Shown here in pieces: positions 1-13,454 of a stretch of DNA of 64,000 bases. A program made the position numbers and the translations under genes. This stretch comes from Takakia lepidozioides (taxonomy: Eukaryota > Plantae > Bryophyta): contig CM060732.1 of NCBI GenBank assembly GCA_030704615.1, positions 24,118,001 to 24,182,000 of the forward strand. The letters are read 5' to 3'. The stretch's first letter is position 1, and each line of letters opens with the position of its first letter. Below the pieces are notes generated by a model. The model worked only from the letters and a program-made list of their open reading frames with translations, searched no databases and had not been told where the DNA came from.

Positions 1-2138
1 GATCAATGTTCATTTTGGCCAAAAGGGTCCTGTACTCAACCAAAATCCTCTTCATTGGCTCAATGATAGACACCCACCATGTTTTCACATTCTTCAACAT
101 TTTCAGACCCTTGGTTTCCAACATATCAGCAAGTTTAGTGAATTCAAGGTGTCTTTTGGGGCTGTGAGCAAAGTAGACATGGCTGGTCTGAAGCAAACCT
201 TCAATGCTAGTAACAATTCCCAACTGATACAAGGTCTTGAAGGCCAGATTAGCCCAATGAGCCATGCAATGGACCCCATAGAAAAGGGAGCATGCTTAGA
301 AGAAATCTGTTTTGTAACCCCATTCCTCTTGGAAGGTACTCACCCCATCAGCCCCAAAGCACAACATTCCTCAATGCATCCATGATAACAGTAGTCAAGT
401 TATCAGCCCCTGACCCATCCAAAATTCTTTGAAGGGAGATCATCATGGGGACTCTCACCTAATTTTGCATGACATATGCATGTATGCTGATACAGGAGCC
501 ATTGTCCACAGAAGTCAGCTCATCACAAGTCAGTGCTACATATCTTACAGCCTTCACACATGTCAACATAACATCCTTGATCTCATTGTATAGGAACTCA
601 GCCATAATCCAGCCTGATGAGTCACTCCAATGCATCTTTGGGTTGTTGGGGACCTCAAGAAACATAAACAGACTTTGCATCCTCTCATACTCAGTCATTG
701 GACGGCCACCAGAGAGGAGATGGAGTAGGGCAGCAAATTGAACCCTCTTTCTATCCCTCTCAACTTTGTTTGGCATTACTACCTGCTCCAGTATAGTTGA
801 AGGACCACGAGCATGGTACAAAGAGGCATTTCTCTTGTGTTTGCAATCAGGGTTAAAGTACCACTCCCATTTCTTTACCTTGAACTTAGGCATGTCTTTG
901 TCAGCTCTTCTCCTCCCCTCATGCTTCATGAGGGTATCCCACTTAGGAGCCATGAGTTTGGGTGACTGGTTGAAGTAGAGCACACCTTGCACCTCATCAA
1001 GTGAAGGGTTCCATCTGCTGCAAGCTCCCCCTCAGCCCATGGAAGCTTTGATGCCCACTCCACTTGAAATTTCCTGGTCAAATCATAGTTAGGCTTCACC
1101 TTCTTCAAAGGCACACTATATCTTGCAAATCTGGTGCCTCTTCCTCACTATCATGAGTATCAAAAGACACAAGTACAGTGTCATGAGAGCCCTGAGAGGA
1201 ATCTGAAACTAACACCACTGATGGTGGCATGGAAAGAACTGGTGAAGACCCTGAACTTCTTGAACTACCAGATTCAACATCAGAAGGGAATGGCATTGAA
1301 TCACAAACAAATCTAAGAGGCCAGGCATTCCCCACATTCCTTGAACTCGTAAAGTACTTGTCAAGGAAAGATGGTAATGGCTTCTGTTTTGCAACAGAAT
1401 TTGACATGGTTTTGGGGCTCATTGCAATAGATTCTACACACTAAAGCATAGAGAATGGTCTCTCTCTCACCCAGACTACAACATTCTACAAATACACCTT
1501 GCAACTCATATATAGTGAACACTAGTATGAGGACCTTATGTGCTGTAATTTCCTTCCTATAGTGTCCAGCAACATCCCATCCCTTTACATATTCCAAGCA
1601 TGCTGATGCATTCATATTGCACAATAAAGCAAAAGGAGGCGGAGGTGAATGTTGTACCTTCATGTAGGTGTTGGGGATCTTCAATTGCTCCATTCCACGC
1701 CGCCCAAATCCTCTAGTCGTCAAGCATTCACCACTCCTTGAGCTGGCCACCCTAAAAAAAACTACAGTATACAGATCTTAGGCGAAACTTTGAAAGCAAG
1801 CTGCGATGACAGATGGCGATGGTGAAGCTCTGTAGGGTTGCGCGCAGTGGCGACGGCCAAAACCCTGGAAATCCAACGGTCCAGGTCGTGCTGCATGGCA
1901 AGATCTCTACCGTTGATCGCACGATGGGGCTACAACCGTTAGATGTAGGGCTATGGGGAATGTGTATTTCTGGCGCAACTTGCATGTTCCCCTGGAGCTT
2001 TCTGGCACCAGCCTGTGCGCGGGCCCCTATTTTCTGGCGCATTTTTTGTTTTTTTTCCCAGGATTTTACATAGGGCTGTCGCAAGCCCTTTGTTTTTTAT
2101 CGCTTTTAGGCTCCATTTCGCCTAAAAAAAAAGCGCTG
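1..2138 (-). mobile_element. Degenerate hAT-superfamily DNA transposon (ZNF862/TTF-zinc-finger type transposase), 5' part; runs off the window start
   Basis: Minus-strand fragments: RKFQVEWASKLPW...CKVC (TTF-type Zn finger, 926-1114), VALTCDELTSVDN (first catalytic Asp region, 459-992), then H..NLA, YFAHSPKR and KNVKTWW (TRW-like) in 1-300, with stops and frameshifts. Candidate terminus 5'-CAGCGCTTTTTTTTTAGGCG at 2138 (hAT-type CAG start). Confidence 0.8.
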
Positions 2139-2142
2139 GTTG

Positions 2143-2239
2143 TGATGTGGTCATACCAAGGCTACTGTACCACATCCTATCATAACTCTAAATTTAAGCG
2201 CCTTTGGGCCGAATAGTACTGGGATGGGTGCTGCTTCCG
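2143..2239 (+). pseudogene. 5S rRNA pseudogene (bryophyte-type) with internal ~21-nt deletion
   Basis: tgatgtggtcataccaaggctactgtaccacatcctatcataactctaaatttaagcgcctttgggccgaatagtactgggatgggtg|ctgcttcc follows the moss-type 5S sequence as I recall it (GGATGCGGTCATACCAAGGCTACT...GCGCCTTTGGGCCGGAATAGTACTGGGATGGGTG...GGTGCTGCATCC). T-rich, Pol III terminator-like tracts follow. Confidence 0.9.
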
Positions 2240-2428
2240 CTTTTGTATTTTTATTTTTAAAAACTCTCTAATGTGGTTAATGTCAAGTAGGATAGAGAGG
2301 GGAATTTATTTATTTATTCAAAGAAAATAAAATTTAGTTGAACCAAGCCACAGAGGACAGACATTGGACAATTAGCATGCTTGAAAATAAAAAAGTTAGT
2401 AGTGGAAGCATGCTACGTAGGACAAATG

Positions 2429-2454
2429 ATATATATATATATATATATATATAT
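2429..2454. repeat. (AT)n microsatellite
   Basis: Direct reading. Confidence 0.95.
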
Positions 2455-5400
2455 AAACGCTTTTTAAAAAATGTTGACTATTACAGACTTCCAAAAGAAA
2501 AATAAATTGTCAAAAAGCTGTCAATTGTCAAAAATAAATTGTCTTTAAAAAAAACCTCATTTCAAACAAAAACAGCACATGAAGGAAGATAGAAGAATGA
2601 GAGACGAGAAAAAGGTTTAGGGTGGTGTTATCCAATTTGTTGTCGTTCCTGCCAAAAAATGGATAATCTAAACCATGGTTCTTTTTGTTGTCCTTGCCCA
2701 TAAAAGCCCCTATCACCTTCCAAATAAGATATTTTGCTATCCTCTAGAGTGATTTTGGCTCATTTGGCTCATACCAAAGGTGGAAGCATAATGGGACTTT
2801 CAAAAACAAAATGTCCACTAGAATTATCCACAAATGGGCTAAAATTTGTAGGAATTACTACAATGGGTTCTGAGGCACTGCTCATGAGGGGAGGCCGACC
2901 TGTGGTTAAAGGAGAATGCATTTGTGATTGGATATGGAGCTTCTTTAACTTTAATGTGTACAAGAACTTGCCTGAATGCAAGGTACAAACATCTGTGGCA
3001 AATGCTTCAAGCATTACATGGCCTGGTTGTCTTGGTAAATCACTGACAGGTTGCTAATTAGGACCTTGGTTGTTATGGTCTGATGGACTTGTCCCGAGTT
3101 GGTGTGGTTGCACTCACCTCGTTTGGGGATAACAACTACGGCACAAGTGGATGCTGTTGCTGCAAAAAACAATACGAATGATTTGGCAACTTTGGGAAAG
3201 GAGTTTCTAAGAGGCATCTCACACAAGGGGACGGTGATTGGGTCAAGCGAGGAGGCTGAATCTAGAGAGAAGGCAGCGTCATCTTACCCACTTCTGGAGT
3301 ATCTGCAGACACTTAAGGCAAGCCATACTCTTTTCAGTAAGCTGCTTGTTCTGGAATCATCCCCCCGTCTCATCTTTCAATTGGAAGTCTAGAAATTGTC
3401 TAGTGTTGTTGAGGCCTCTCTAACCAGAAAAGATGGATTAGGAGGAACTATTCAAGATTCTAAATGAATGCCAAAAATAAATTGTTACAATAAAATCTTT
3501 GCATTAATAGCAAAGAGGGGTAGTGGTATTGTTCCTGTCACAACAAAGTAATATTTCCTATGAGACACTCTAGCAAACTCCCAAGCTAACATACTTACTT
3601 AGCTTATTAGACACTTCCGTGCCTAATAATTAAAATAATGGAATATTATTAGTCAGATTCGCTTTTATTATTTAGGCACCTCACCTAGGTAATTTCCAAA
3701 CATTAGGCATGTATTACAGTCGACCATGGATAAATATTACCTGCTTTTTTGTTATGTCACCCTTAATATTACGAAATCTTTGCTCGGTAACTTACACTTG
3801 AAATTGGCATGATTAGTGCCTTATTTGATATGTATTATTATGAAAATATGGCTCTCCTCTTTGTTAGCACACCTCCATAGTTGTTAGATCTTATGCTGAG
3901 CCTTAATATTGTTGGTTTGAGAAAACATTCATCCACTCTTGTCAAACGGTTCTTATCCAAAGGCACCACATCCATAACAAAATAACATAATGAACAATTA
4001 ATGCAGGGCCCTTTGGAAAGTTGTGTGGACATGAAATTTTAAACTGTAGGCATTTTTGCCCTTTTTTGGAGTTTAAATAATACAATCTAGGCATTTTTTC
4101 CACATATTTGGACGTTTTGGTTTTTCTATTCTACATCGTAATAGAGTTATGTTATTTCGACAAAGATGAAAGTTTCTATAAATTAAGGTTAATATTGATC
4201 ATGTAAGCTCCTTGAATAATAAAAATAAAACAAAACTCAATTTTGATGAAGATTCGATTGAAAGCAAACACTTGCTATGGCAAAAAGTTTTCGCATCCAC
4301 ACTCCCACAAACATCCACATTAAGTGAACGTGTATTCAATGCGTGGAAGAAGGGCACAAAACTTATTGTCTAGTATGTCCAAGCTCTCAATAGTGCCAGC
4401 TCTATAATCAATTTAAAAATTAAAAAAACTGGGCATAAAGGGACCTAAGGAGAATCCCCTTCTTGAATTTTTTTCATTAATCAATTAAATTACATTTGTA
4501 ATTAAGTTAACTTGGATCCTGATTCACCACTAAGATATTTCTTTACATAAATGTGGTGAATATGACACCTTTGACCCCAAATTATGTTGCTTTAGCCTCA
4601 TAGTAGCGCTGCAAGATTGCAAGCAGTTGCCTCATGTAGATTTGTTTACAATAAATCAAGCGCGTTGGATGCCAGGGCCCAGGAATGTTGATTGTTAAGT
4701 TTCTAAAGGCATGCCATGGCCAAAACTGTGATATTTAGAGGAATGTGATGCATTGTCAAAATTTTGTAACAGATCAAGACTTGAAATCTGTTTCAGGCTC
4801 AGCATATAAAGGGGCCATGTTGAAAGCTGCATGATCCCCGTTGGTACATCCTATTTACTGAGAGTGCCTACAAAGAATTTTACCCCGATATGCTCTGCAA
4901 GCATGCAGAATGCACGGATTCTATGAGTTGAGGGAAAGACTGCAGGTTTTTGGCGGTTTCAACATAAACTTACGTAAGTCATGGCCATTTTATATTGGGT
5001 CCCACAGTCCACTGCTCATATGTGCAATGTGAATGTCTAAGAAGATCGATGTCATGAGTCCCGGCGCAGTGTTGTAGTGGTATTGATTAAAGGAATAGGG
5101 AAGTGTTGGCTTTGGTTATATCTTGAATATCCATTTGAGGTCCATGAAGGGACAAAATGTACTCAATTGCTTGAATTATAGTAAAACCTTCTTATTACGA
5201 GTACAACACTCGAGTCCATGACTTTGGGTTTTGCACAAAGTCCCTATCACCTTTCTTTTTGAAGGCATTTATGGGGGAAGGTTACATATTACTTCATAGG
5301 TGTTGTAAAGTACCAAATGAGGTACGAGACTTTAAAAAATAAGGAACAAACATGTGGCAAATTATTGAACAGTACAAGTACAAGAAGCTTTGCCAACATC

Positions 5401-8400
5401 TAAGTCAATAGAATTAAGCTGTAAAACCTAATCATGAAAGAATGACATAAATATAAAAATATATATATTTGTAGAGCTATATAAATAATGATGAAACTAA
5501 ACCTAAACTGTGCAAACCAAGATCTTGCGATCATTCAGGAATACTTTGCAAGAAAGAAAGAGGGTCAAATTAGTTGGAAAGAAGAGGAGACAACAAATGA
5601 TGGGGAAACTTACAAGAAGTAGGAAGGCAAAGTTTTTATCAATAAATCATGATGTTGCACTTTTAAAATGAATGCTTAAAGCAACTCTTGCCAATCCATG
5701 GTAAACAATGTCTATACTATATCATTAATGCAAGATTCTATAAGAAAAGAAACGTTAGCAACCAAATATAGAGCTAGCTCACACATATTTGTTAACATAT
5801 CTTCCTCAGTTAACTAATCATTCTCTAGGAGCACTGAAATTTGTGGAGGCATGTTAAGGAAGGGTAGTAACGTAAAAAAAAATCATTTAGCCTTAGGGCT
5901 ACACTTGGAGGCTTCAATCAAGTTTTCTCTTAACATACCTAATTAGTATTGGATTAGCAATAAGCTGTAAGGTTAAGATGAGGTTATAATGAAAAGACAA
6001 TGTGACATTCTTGGCCGATCACAATCCATCATGTTTGTTAAATGTGGTTCTGGATTTGCAAATTTGGGAGGTTTAATATTATTATTTTTGGACTATTAGC
6101 CACTCTAATTAACCACTCTTATGCAGTCTAACCTAGTATAAGAACCTTGAATGGAATGCAATAATGAGATTGATATCATATGACCATTAAAAACTATAAG
6201 GAAAAAGACTTGAAGAAACATTGTACTAGAAATCTCAAATTTTCATTAAAACCACATCAAGTTCTGATCGCCTCGACTCCGAGTGTGTGCATATATTTAT
6301 TTGTTTTTTTGAAATTTTTACTAGCACAAGACTTCACCTCATTCTAAGGCAATTAAAACTTAACAATGGATATAAAATCTTCCAAATCTGAGTTCTTCAA
6401 AATACATATTTACTTCATGCATGATTACAATTATTATTTGCATGCTTTGTGTACTAGAATCCTCAGTGAAATTTTCATAATGCCAACTCTAGTTTTCGAG
6501 GTTGTACAATGTTCAATGTTTTGGTTGGTGAGTCAGAGAATGGTTAGAGCCCGTAATGCTACGAGCAATTATGAGGATAACTCTGCAATTTGTGAGCCCT
6601 CTGATCAACCAAAAAGTAAACTATCAATGGTTGAGATTCAACAAAAAAACTTGGCATTATGTACACGAACCTTCTAGCCTAATGGCTCTCAATCGTTATG
6701 TAGTCCTTCAACGTGGGAAAAAACTCATCCATTTCTGAAAAGTTCAATGCAAGTATGCTTACTAGAGTGACACACATAAAAAAACCCCACCTTCCGCTAT
6801 GAATGCTCTGCAAAGGCTCCACTTTGGCCACGGGCCTTGAGGTCAAGGAAAGATATTATGCCTAGTTTCTATGTGGTACACTACTGTGGGGCCTCTTTTT
6901 TATAAACAGATTGTGGGAAATGGGAGATGATTTTTTTTCCCAAGCTTAGGATTTCCAGTGTTATGATGCTTTCGGAATTATGCAAACATTAAATGGTTTT
7001 TTTAAATAATTATGAAAGTTTTTTTAGTCGAAGCCACTGTTTGGAGGTTTGCATTGTTTGCGTTCTTTTGCGATGGCCACCGACCCCGTCCGGGAGGGCA
7101 AGTTTGTTTTAATTTTTTAATTTTTGATTGCTTGCATTATATACTTGAACTGAAGCACTCCATTGCACGTAAAGAAATATTTAAGTTGGGTACCCCTACA
7201 GTTGATGTGGCAAAAAGTGGTCGATCTTCTGTCCCAGGGCAGACTTTGATGGAGGCTTTGGCAGTGTATATGCTCACTCTGATTTCTCAAAAGACATTTT
7301 CTTACTCACCTCCTTATACGATGACAATGTTGTTATGGAGTTGAAGGACAGAGAAATATTGTGTTGGGCAGAGTTGAATTTTGCGCAGGCTATGGACAAG
7401 ATTGCAGCATACTTGAAGGGTGATGATGTACGAAGATTCTTGGACGATTTTGAGATATTAGCCAAAACACGGGAGCCACCGCATATTTGTGAGAATAAGG
7501 GATCTGTTCGGAACAAACTGAAAATTGGAAAATGTATAAATGTCATTACATCGTCGACTAGTTGGCAAGAAATTGAAACCTTGTAGACTAGCTGGACCTC
7601 ATGGCATGAGCTGAGATCGTGCTTGTTGGGTGCTCAATTGACCCTGCGAGAAAGTTGTTTGTTCCATTGTCTGTCATATGTAGACCCTATTAACCATGTA
7701 GACCCTATTAACGCAGAAATATCATATGTCTGTCTATTATATGTATTTCCACTGGCATACATATCACCCCATAATAGTAGATCCTGCTCAAGTTAAGTTT
7801 TTTTTTCTACTCACATTGTGCTCACGTCGTTTCTGCTCACGCTGTACCAATTCTCTTTTGGTATGTCGATGGACATAGAGAAGCAGCAACTGTGGTACGG
7901 CCATGTGTGACTTAGATGCATGGAGGAAGGCTAGCTTGGCAGATGAAGCCATAGTTATGAAGTTCTGCATTGTAGCTTATGGTCACCTTCTTTCCGAAGC
8001 CTTATGAGAAGGAGAATTATAGAAGCTCTGTGATTTGGCTGTTGTTCAGATTTCTGCAGTCTGTTCATGACATATTTTATGTGAGTGTAGACAAAATCAG
8101 GCTTTAGGAATACCTGTTGTGAATTGACTCAGGCAGTGAGTCAGTAGATATATGTCACTGTGTCAGATTTTTGGAATTTGTCAGTAGACTCTTAATGTTA
8201 ATTGCGGCTGTATGGAGTTAGCATAAAGTGATTGGGCCGACAAAGAATAGGCTTGGGGTTCATTGTTTGATTGTCCTATCTCATCTCTCCAGTGGGCAGT
8301 ATCTTCGATTTATCCAAGGTGAATTTATCATGGAGCTCAATCCATGATAAAAGCTGATATGGATTTATAATCTGACATGACCAGGTGAAAAAATGTTCGA

Positions 8401-8702
8401 TGTAAGACATGATGGATCCACAAGTATTTTCAAGTAATGACACCCTTACGACAAATGTTCCATATCATAATCGGGTTTTTCCGCGATATCGAGGTGATCT
8501 TACAATTATTTTCTGCAATGAAGCAAATAGCTCAAAGGTCACAACTCAATTCCAAATACTATGCATCATCAAAATCAAGTTTCATGTCTTCAAGCCTCTT
8601 TCCCTTTTTCATCCCTACCTTGATAAACTGCAAGATATTGACTTCACTTACACAAACGGTAAGTGTCTCATTACAGAGAATCAACTTATCGTTGCCAGGA
8701 GG

Positions 8703-8875
8703 TGTAAATTATGGTCCCACAGCGCACAACTTTGTGAAACCATGCCGTGGATTGAACCCACAACCGCTTTTGAGATAGTATGTGGCCATTAGGGCACAAC
8801 TTGTGTAAATTATGGTCCCACAGGGCACAACTTTGTGACACCATGCCGTGGATTGAACCCACAACCGCTTTTGAG
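8703..8875. repeat. Tandem duplication, ~70-bp core with ~100-bp period
   Basis: tgtaaattatggtcccacag.gcacaactttgtga.accatgccgtggattgaacccacaaccgcttttgag at ~8703 and ~8803. Confidence 0.9.
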
Positions 8876-9756
8876 GATGAATTTGAAGGCATAAGACTGC
8901 ATTAACCATCATAGAAAACCCATATGTAATACAAACTATGTTTGCATCTATTAAATCCTTGCATTTGAAATTATTTATCGCATTTAATAATATATTTTTT
9001 TATTTTTTTTTGGTATAAAATAGTCATATGATCCTTCAATATCTGTGGTAGTAATGTTGGTGGCTAGCGCCCACTACCTATATAATGCTCAAATCTTGGT
9101 AGCCTTCCTAAGAGTGTATTCACAAAAGAATATCCACCCCATATGAAATTCCTTTCCAAAGCATGTGCTTTCTTTAACTTATATATATGATGTATATATA
9201 TATACGTATAACCCATATGCTAATATATATTATATATGGGTGTAAGCATGCTAAAGTGCACAATAAAAGTGAGCCAAATGCCTCATTTTGGGGGTCTTAT
9301 TGGTCTCCATCCCAAAAGTACCATTTGGCAATTTGTTAGTTTTTTTTTTTGTGGATGGACTTGTTCTAGACAAGTTTAGGAATCAATACGTAAAGTTACA
9401 TTTCAAAAATCATAATTTCGTTAGGTATTTTTGCACCACTTTATGCAACGTCCAAAAATGCGGACTTTTGCAAAGTAGTTCCAAAAGGCAACATGGATAT
9501 AAGAAGTGAAGTTGTTTTTGGTAGGTCATGCTGACGATATGTATAGCACTTGCATATTTTACAATTTGAGTTGTCCATAAAATCACATATTTTCACTTTA
9601 TCCATGAGTACATTATGTTTTTTAAGTCATGTTCTTGACTTTTCAAATAGACATTGTCATATGTATAACATTTTATGGTCCATACTTGTTTGAGTTATGG
9701 CTTAGTCATGAAATATTCCATGACACCTAAATAAAAAATGTCATGAAAATATTGAA

Positions 9757-12664
9757 TTGGCTACTGACACGCCAATCTTTCGGAGACCCTATAGATACAG
9801 TGACATGGAGAGGTCCTTGATTCAGATGAGAACTCAGGACCTTTGGGAGGCTGGTTTGGTGGAGCTATCTGGGGGAGAGTATGCTTCAGCCAAGAAGGAT
9901 GTCTTTGGCAATTGGACGGAGAGACGTATGTGTGATGATTACCAGCCTGTAAATCGTCAGACCAAATCCGATAGGTATGTCATGCCAACACCAGAGGAGA
10001 TCTTTGATGCCATTGGACATGTCAAGGTCTTTAGCACGTTGGATTTACGATCCGGATATCACCAGTTGTCGATCAAGGAGGCAGATAAGCAAAAGACGGC
10101 ATTCTGGGGGATCAATGAGCACGGGAAGGATTGCCTATACCAGTGGCGGTTCTTACCATTTGGGCTTAAGAACGCTCCGGCAGAGTTTCAGAGAGTCATG
10201 GACAGGATTCTAGCAGGAGTGGAGTTTGCTCGGTGCTACATAGATGACATCATCATCTTTAGTGCTACGGTGGAAGAGCATGAGAGACATCTTCAGGGGG
10301 TATTTGAGCGCTTGAGGGCGCACGGATTGAAGTTACATCCGGGAAAGTGCAAGTTTTTCCACAACCAGATTGAGTATCTGGGTCACATGATATATCCTAG
10401 AGGATTGGGGGTACAACAGACTAAGGTAGAGTCCATTGCACAGGTTCCACGCCCCATGGATGTGAGCTGAGTTCGAGCTTTCATGGGGTTAGCAAACTAT
10501 TATAGACGGTTTGTTAAGGGATTTAGTGCCATTGCAAAGGCTCTAACCAAACTGACCAAGGTGGACCAGGAGTGACAGTGGGAAGATGAGCAAGAACAAG
10601 CTTTTCAAGAGCTCAAGGCGAGGTTGACCTCGGCGCCCATCTTGAGACGACCTATCAGGGGGCGTCATTTTCAGCTGCATACAGATTGGAGCATGTTGGG
10701 GCTTGGAGCGGTGCTCACACAGGTGGATGATGAGGGAAGAGAGTTCGTAGTGGCTTATGCTAGCCACTCAAACAACGTTGCAGAGTCTAAGTATAGCTCA
10801 TATGAGGGAGAATGCTTAGCTGCAGTGTGGGCCGTGGCACACTTCAGGTGCTATCTATACGGCAATCGCTTCACCCTTGTCACGGATCACCAACCACTCA
10901 AGTGGTTGATGGAGTCAGACAAGCTTACGGGGAAGCTTGCACGGTGGGCACTCATCCTTCAAGAGTATGACTTTCAGGTGATGCATCAACCGGGTTTGGT
11001 CAATCGCAATGCAGATGGGTTGAGTCGCAATCCATGCACGAGCCAGCAGGATGACACTGGAGCTCGGTGGCATGGTGAGACAGACGAGGAGATGGTGCCC
11101 GGATGGCATGCATCTGCATTTCTGTGCAGCGGAAGGCCAGGTTGGACCTGCAACAGGGATGACTGTAGATCAAGTGTCTGAGGACCTTGAGGCCAGCAAT
11201 GAGCAAGGTGGCGCCAAAGATATACATGAGGATTCAGTTGTGTTGGACTACCTCCGCACTGGAGACACTGCAGCCACTGTGACTGCCAAGGAGAGGGATC
11301 GGATCCTACAACGAGCCAAGAGGTTCAAGTGGGAGGGGACACACCTGCTCCGAGCGTGGGAGGATGGTCGAGTGAGGATTGTGCCTCACCCAACACAGCG
11401 GGCACGGTTAGTGCGGCATGCCCATGAGGAGTTAGGGCATTTTGGGGTGCGACGCACTCATAGTCTACTGCAGGGGCAGTATTGGTGGCGTGGTATGCAC
11501 ACAAAGGTGCAACAATTTGTGGCTAGGTGCATGGTGTATGACAGGGTGCGTGCTTCATTCAACGCCCCTACTCCACAATTGCACCCTCTTTCGATCATGG
11601 GATTGGGCTACAGGTGGAGTCTTGACTTCGCAGGGCCGTTGCCACTGACCATGCGCCACAACAAGTACGTGTTGGTGATGGTGGAGCACTTCTCCAAGTG
11701 GATTGAGTTGGTTCCATTGCCTGATAAGGCTAGTGAGGGAGCTGCGTATGCATTCTTGGATTGTGTGCTTAGCCGATTCGGTGCTCCAGCTGAGGTACTC
11801 ACGGACCAAGGGAAAGAGTTCTTGGGGGAGTTTCAGGCTTTGTGTGACAAGGCCTTGATAGACCACCGCACCACTTCTCGGGATCATCCTGAGGCCGATG
11901 GCTTGGCAGAGAGAGTTGTTCAGACAGTAAAGAGAGGTTTGCGCAAGTATGGCTTGCAGAAGAGACACCTAGGAGATTGAGACCTTCAGTTACCCTGGTT
12001 AGCTATGGGCTACAGGTTCAGCAAGCAAGCATCACTTGCCTCCTTCTCACCATACTTTCTTCTCTTTGACCGAGAGCTGGATTTGCCTACATCCATTCGC
12101 AGAGAAGCTGCTACAGTTCTTAATCTTGACGATCCGGACGTGTGGGCACGTGCATGTGAGCAGTGTGCAGAGTTGTTCAAGAAAGTCATGCCCATGGCTT
12201 TCGAGAACCTTGCCATTGCACAACATCGTGATACGTTGAGGTATGCTACCATACGTGGTGGGGGCTATCGTCCTGGGGTTCGGAGATTCAACCCTGGTGA
12301 CTACGTCTATCTGCAGCAGACTGCTCCTACGACCTTGGATGTGACTGCAGGACGTGTTATTTTGAGGGTTCGAGAGGTCTTACCCTCAGGCGTCTTGGTC
12401 TTGGAGGGTCGGGATGGCATAACTTGGAAGGACCATGTGCGTAATTGTGCGTCATGTCACCTTCCAAATGTCGATGGCAGGATTGACCCAAACTTGGCAG
12501 TGGTATCTACAAGTTTGAGGTGCATGTTGTGTGGGTCTGCTAAAGGGGCAGTCACCATACTGGTGTGTGATCGATGCTCTAGAGGTTGGCATATGGGATG
12601 CTTGACTCCACCTCTTGAGATGGTTCCGGATGGGGATTGGTTATGTCCACAATGCATTGGATAG
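9757..12664 (+). mobile_element. Ty3/gypsy LTR-retrotransposon pol remnant (RT-RNaseH-integrase) with C-terminal PHD finger; 5'-truncated, no LTRs recognised
   Basis: RT: LDLRSGYHQ, PFGLKNAPAEFQ, YIDD. RNase H: LHTDWS...YEGECLA..TDHQPL. Integrase: H..LGHFG, WSLDFAGP, LTDQGKEF, DGLAER. C-terminus CMLC..CDRC...WHMGC....WLCPQC. Stops at ~10468, ~10573 and ~11978, frameshift near 11130. Confidence 0.92.
12521..12656 (+). other. PHD finger (C4HC3) domain fused in frame to the integrase C-terminus
   Basis: CMLCGSAKGAVTILVCDRCSRGWHMGCLTPPLEMVPDGDWLCPQC has all eight Zn ligands plus the LxPPLxxVPxGDWxC signature. Confidence 0.93.
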
Positions 12665-13005
12665 TGGGAGTGGATACAACCATGGGAGGCTAACAAGAAA
12701 TGCAAGGCCAAGCTACTAGGAGACCTTGAACACACGAGATCCTAGCTCAAGTTCACAGATTGCAAGACGGCGACTAACGATGGGGCTACTCTTGTACCCG
12801 GCCTCTTGGTCTTTAGAATTTGAGTACAATAGGGACAGTGATAGAGGACTTAGTACGGTTGTAGCTATTACATCTTGTAGCTATCTGGAGTTAGAAGGAC
12901 CTATCCACCAGCTACGGGGGCGATTGTGGCAGACTACTTTATTGTGCATATATGTGTGGTGTGGTTTGGACAGCGATGTAGTTGTGTAGCGATACGTATG
13001 CGCAC

Positions 13006-13454
13006 GACAGGTTGGTATCATGTGAGCACAGCGTGAGCATGCTCACTCGAGCGTGAGCACAACCCGCGGTCATAGGGGTTAAATGTTTTCAAACCGCGGT
13101 CATAGGAATTACATGTTAACATGCACAGTGCATATGAGTACCTTCATATTTATTTTCTCTGTGCAAAAATAACTTTTCTAGGGCTTAAACTGCCGACACC
13201 CGGACTGAAAACCACGATTTTTGTTTTTATGGGGTTTCATGGGGTATTCGGTTTGCATATCGTGAGGAAACCCCACGCCTATAGGGTAACATGTTTATCG
13301 TGTATAGGTGTTACTTGTTTCTTATGCGATGCTCTGAGGGCCTATGTGAGCCGCAGAGTTCTTAGTTTCTCAATTTTAGTTTCGTGAGAAAATATTCGAA
13401 AGGCATCTAGGGAATATTCTTAACATGAGCATGCTCACACGCTACCCAACCTCT
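13006..13454. mobile_element. Putative MITE / non-autonomous DNA transposon
   Basis: Imperfect terminal inverted repeats (aggttggtatcatgtgagca ... tgctcacacgctacccaacct), subterminal gtgagca and ccgcggtcatagg repeats, no ORF. TSD uncertain (cgcacgaca/cgcagaca). Confidence 0.5.

Noticed and set aside
2500-9750. Short ORFs in the AT-rich region (e.g. 7012-7586, 8409-8792)
   Set aside because: No recognisable domains or coherent exon chain; probably old TE debris that I cannot assign.
12665-13000. 3' LTR/PPT of the PHD-gypsy element
   Set aside because: No second copy in the window and no clear polypurine tract, so it cannot be delimited.
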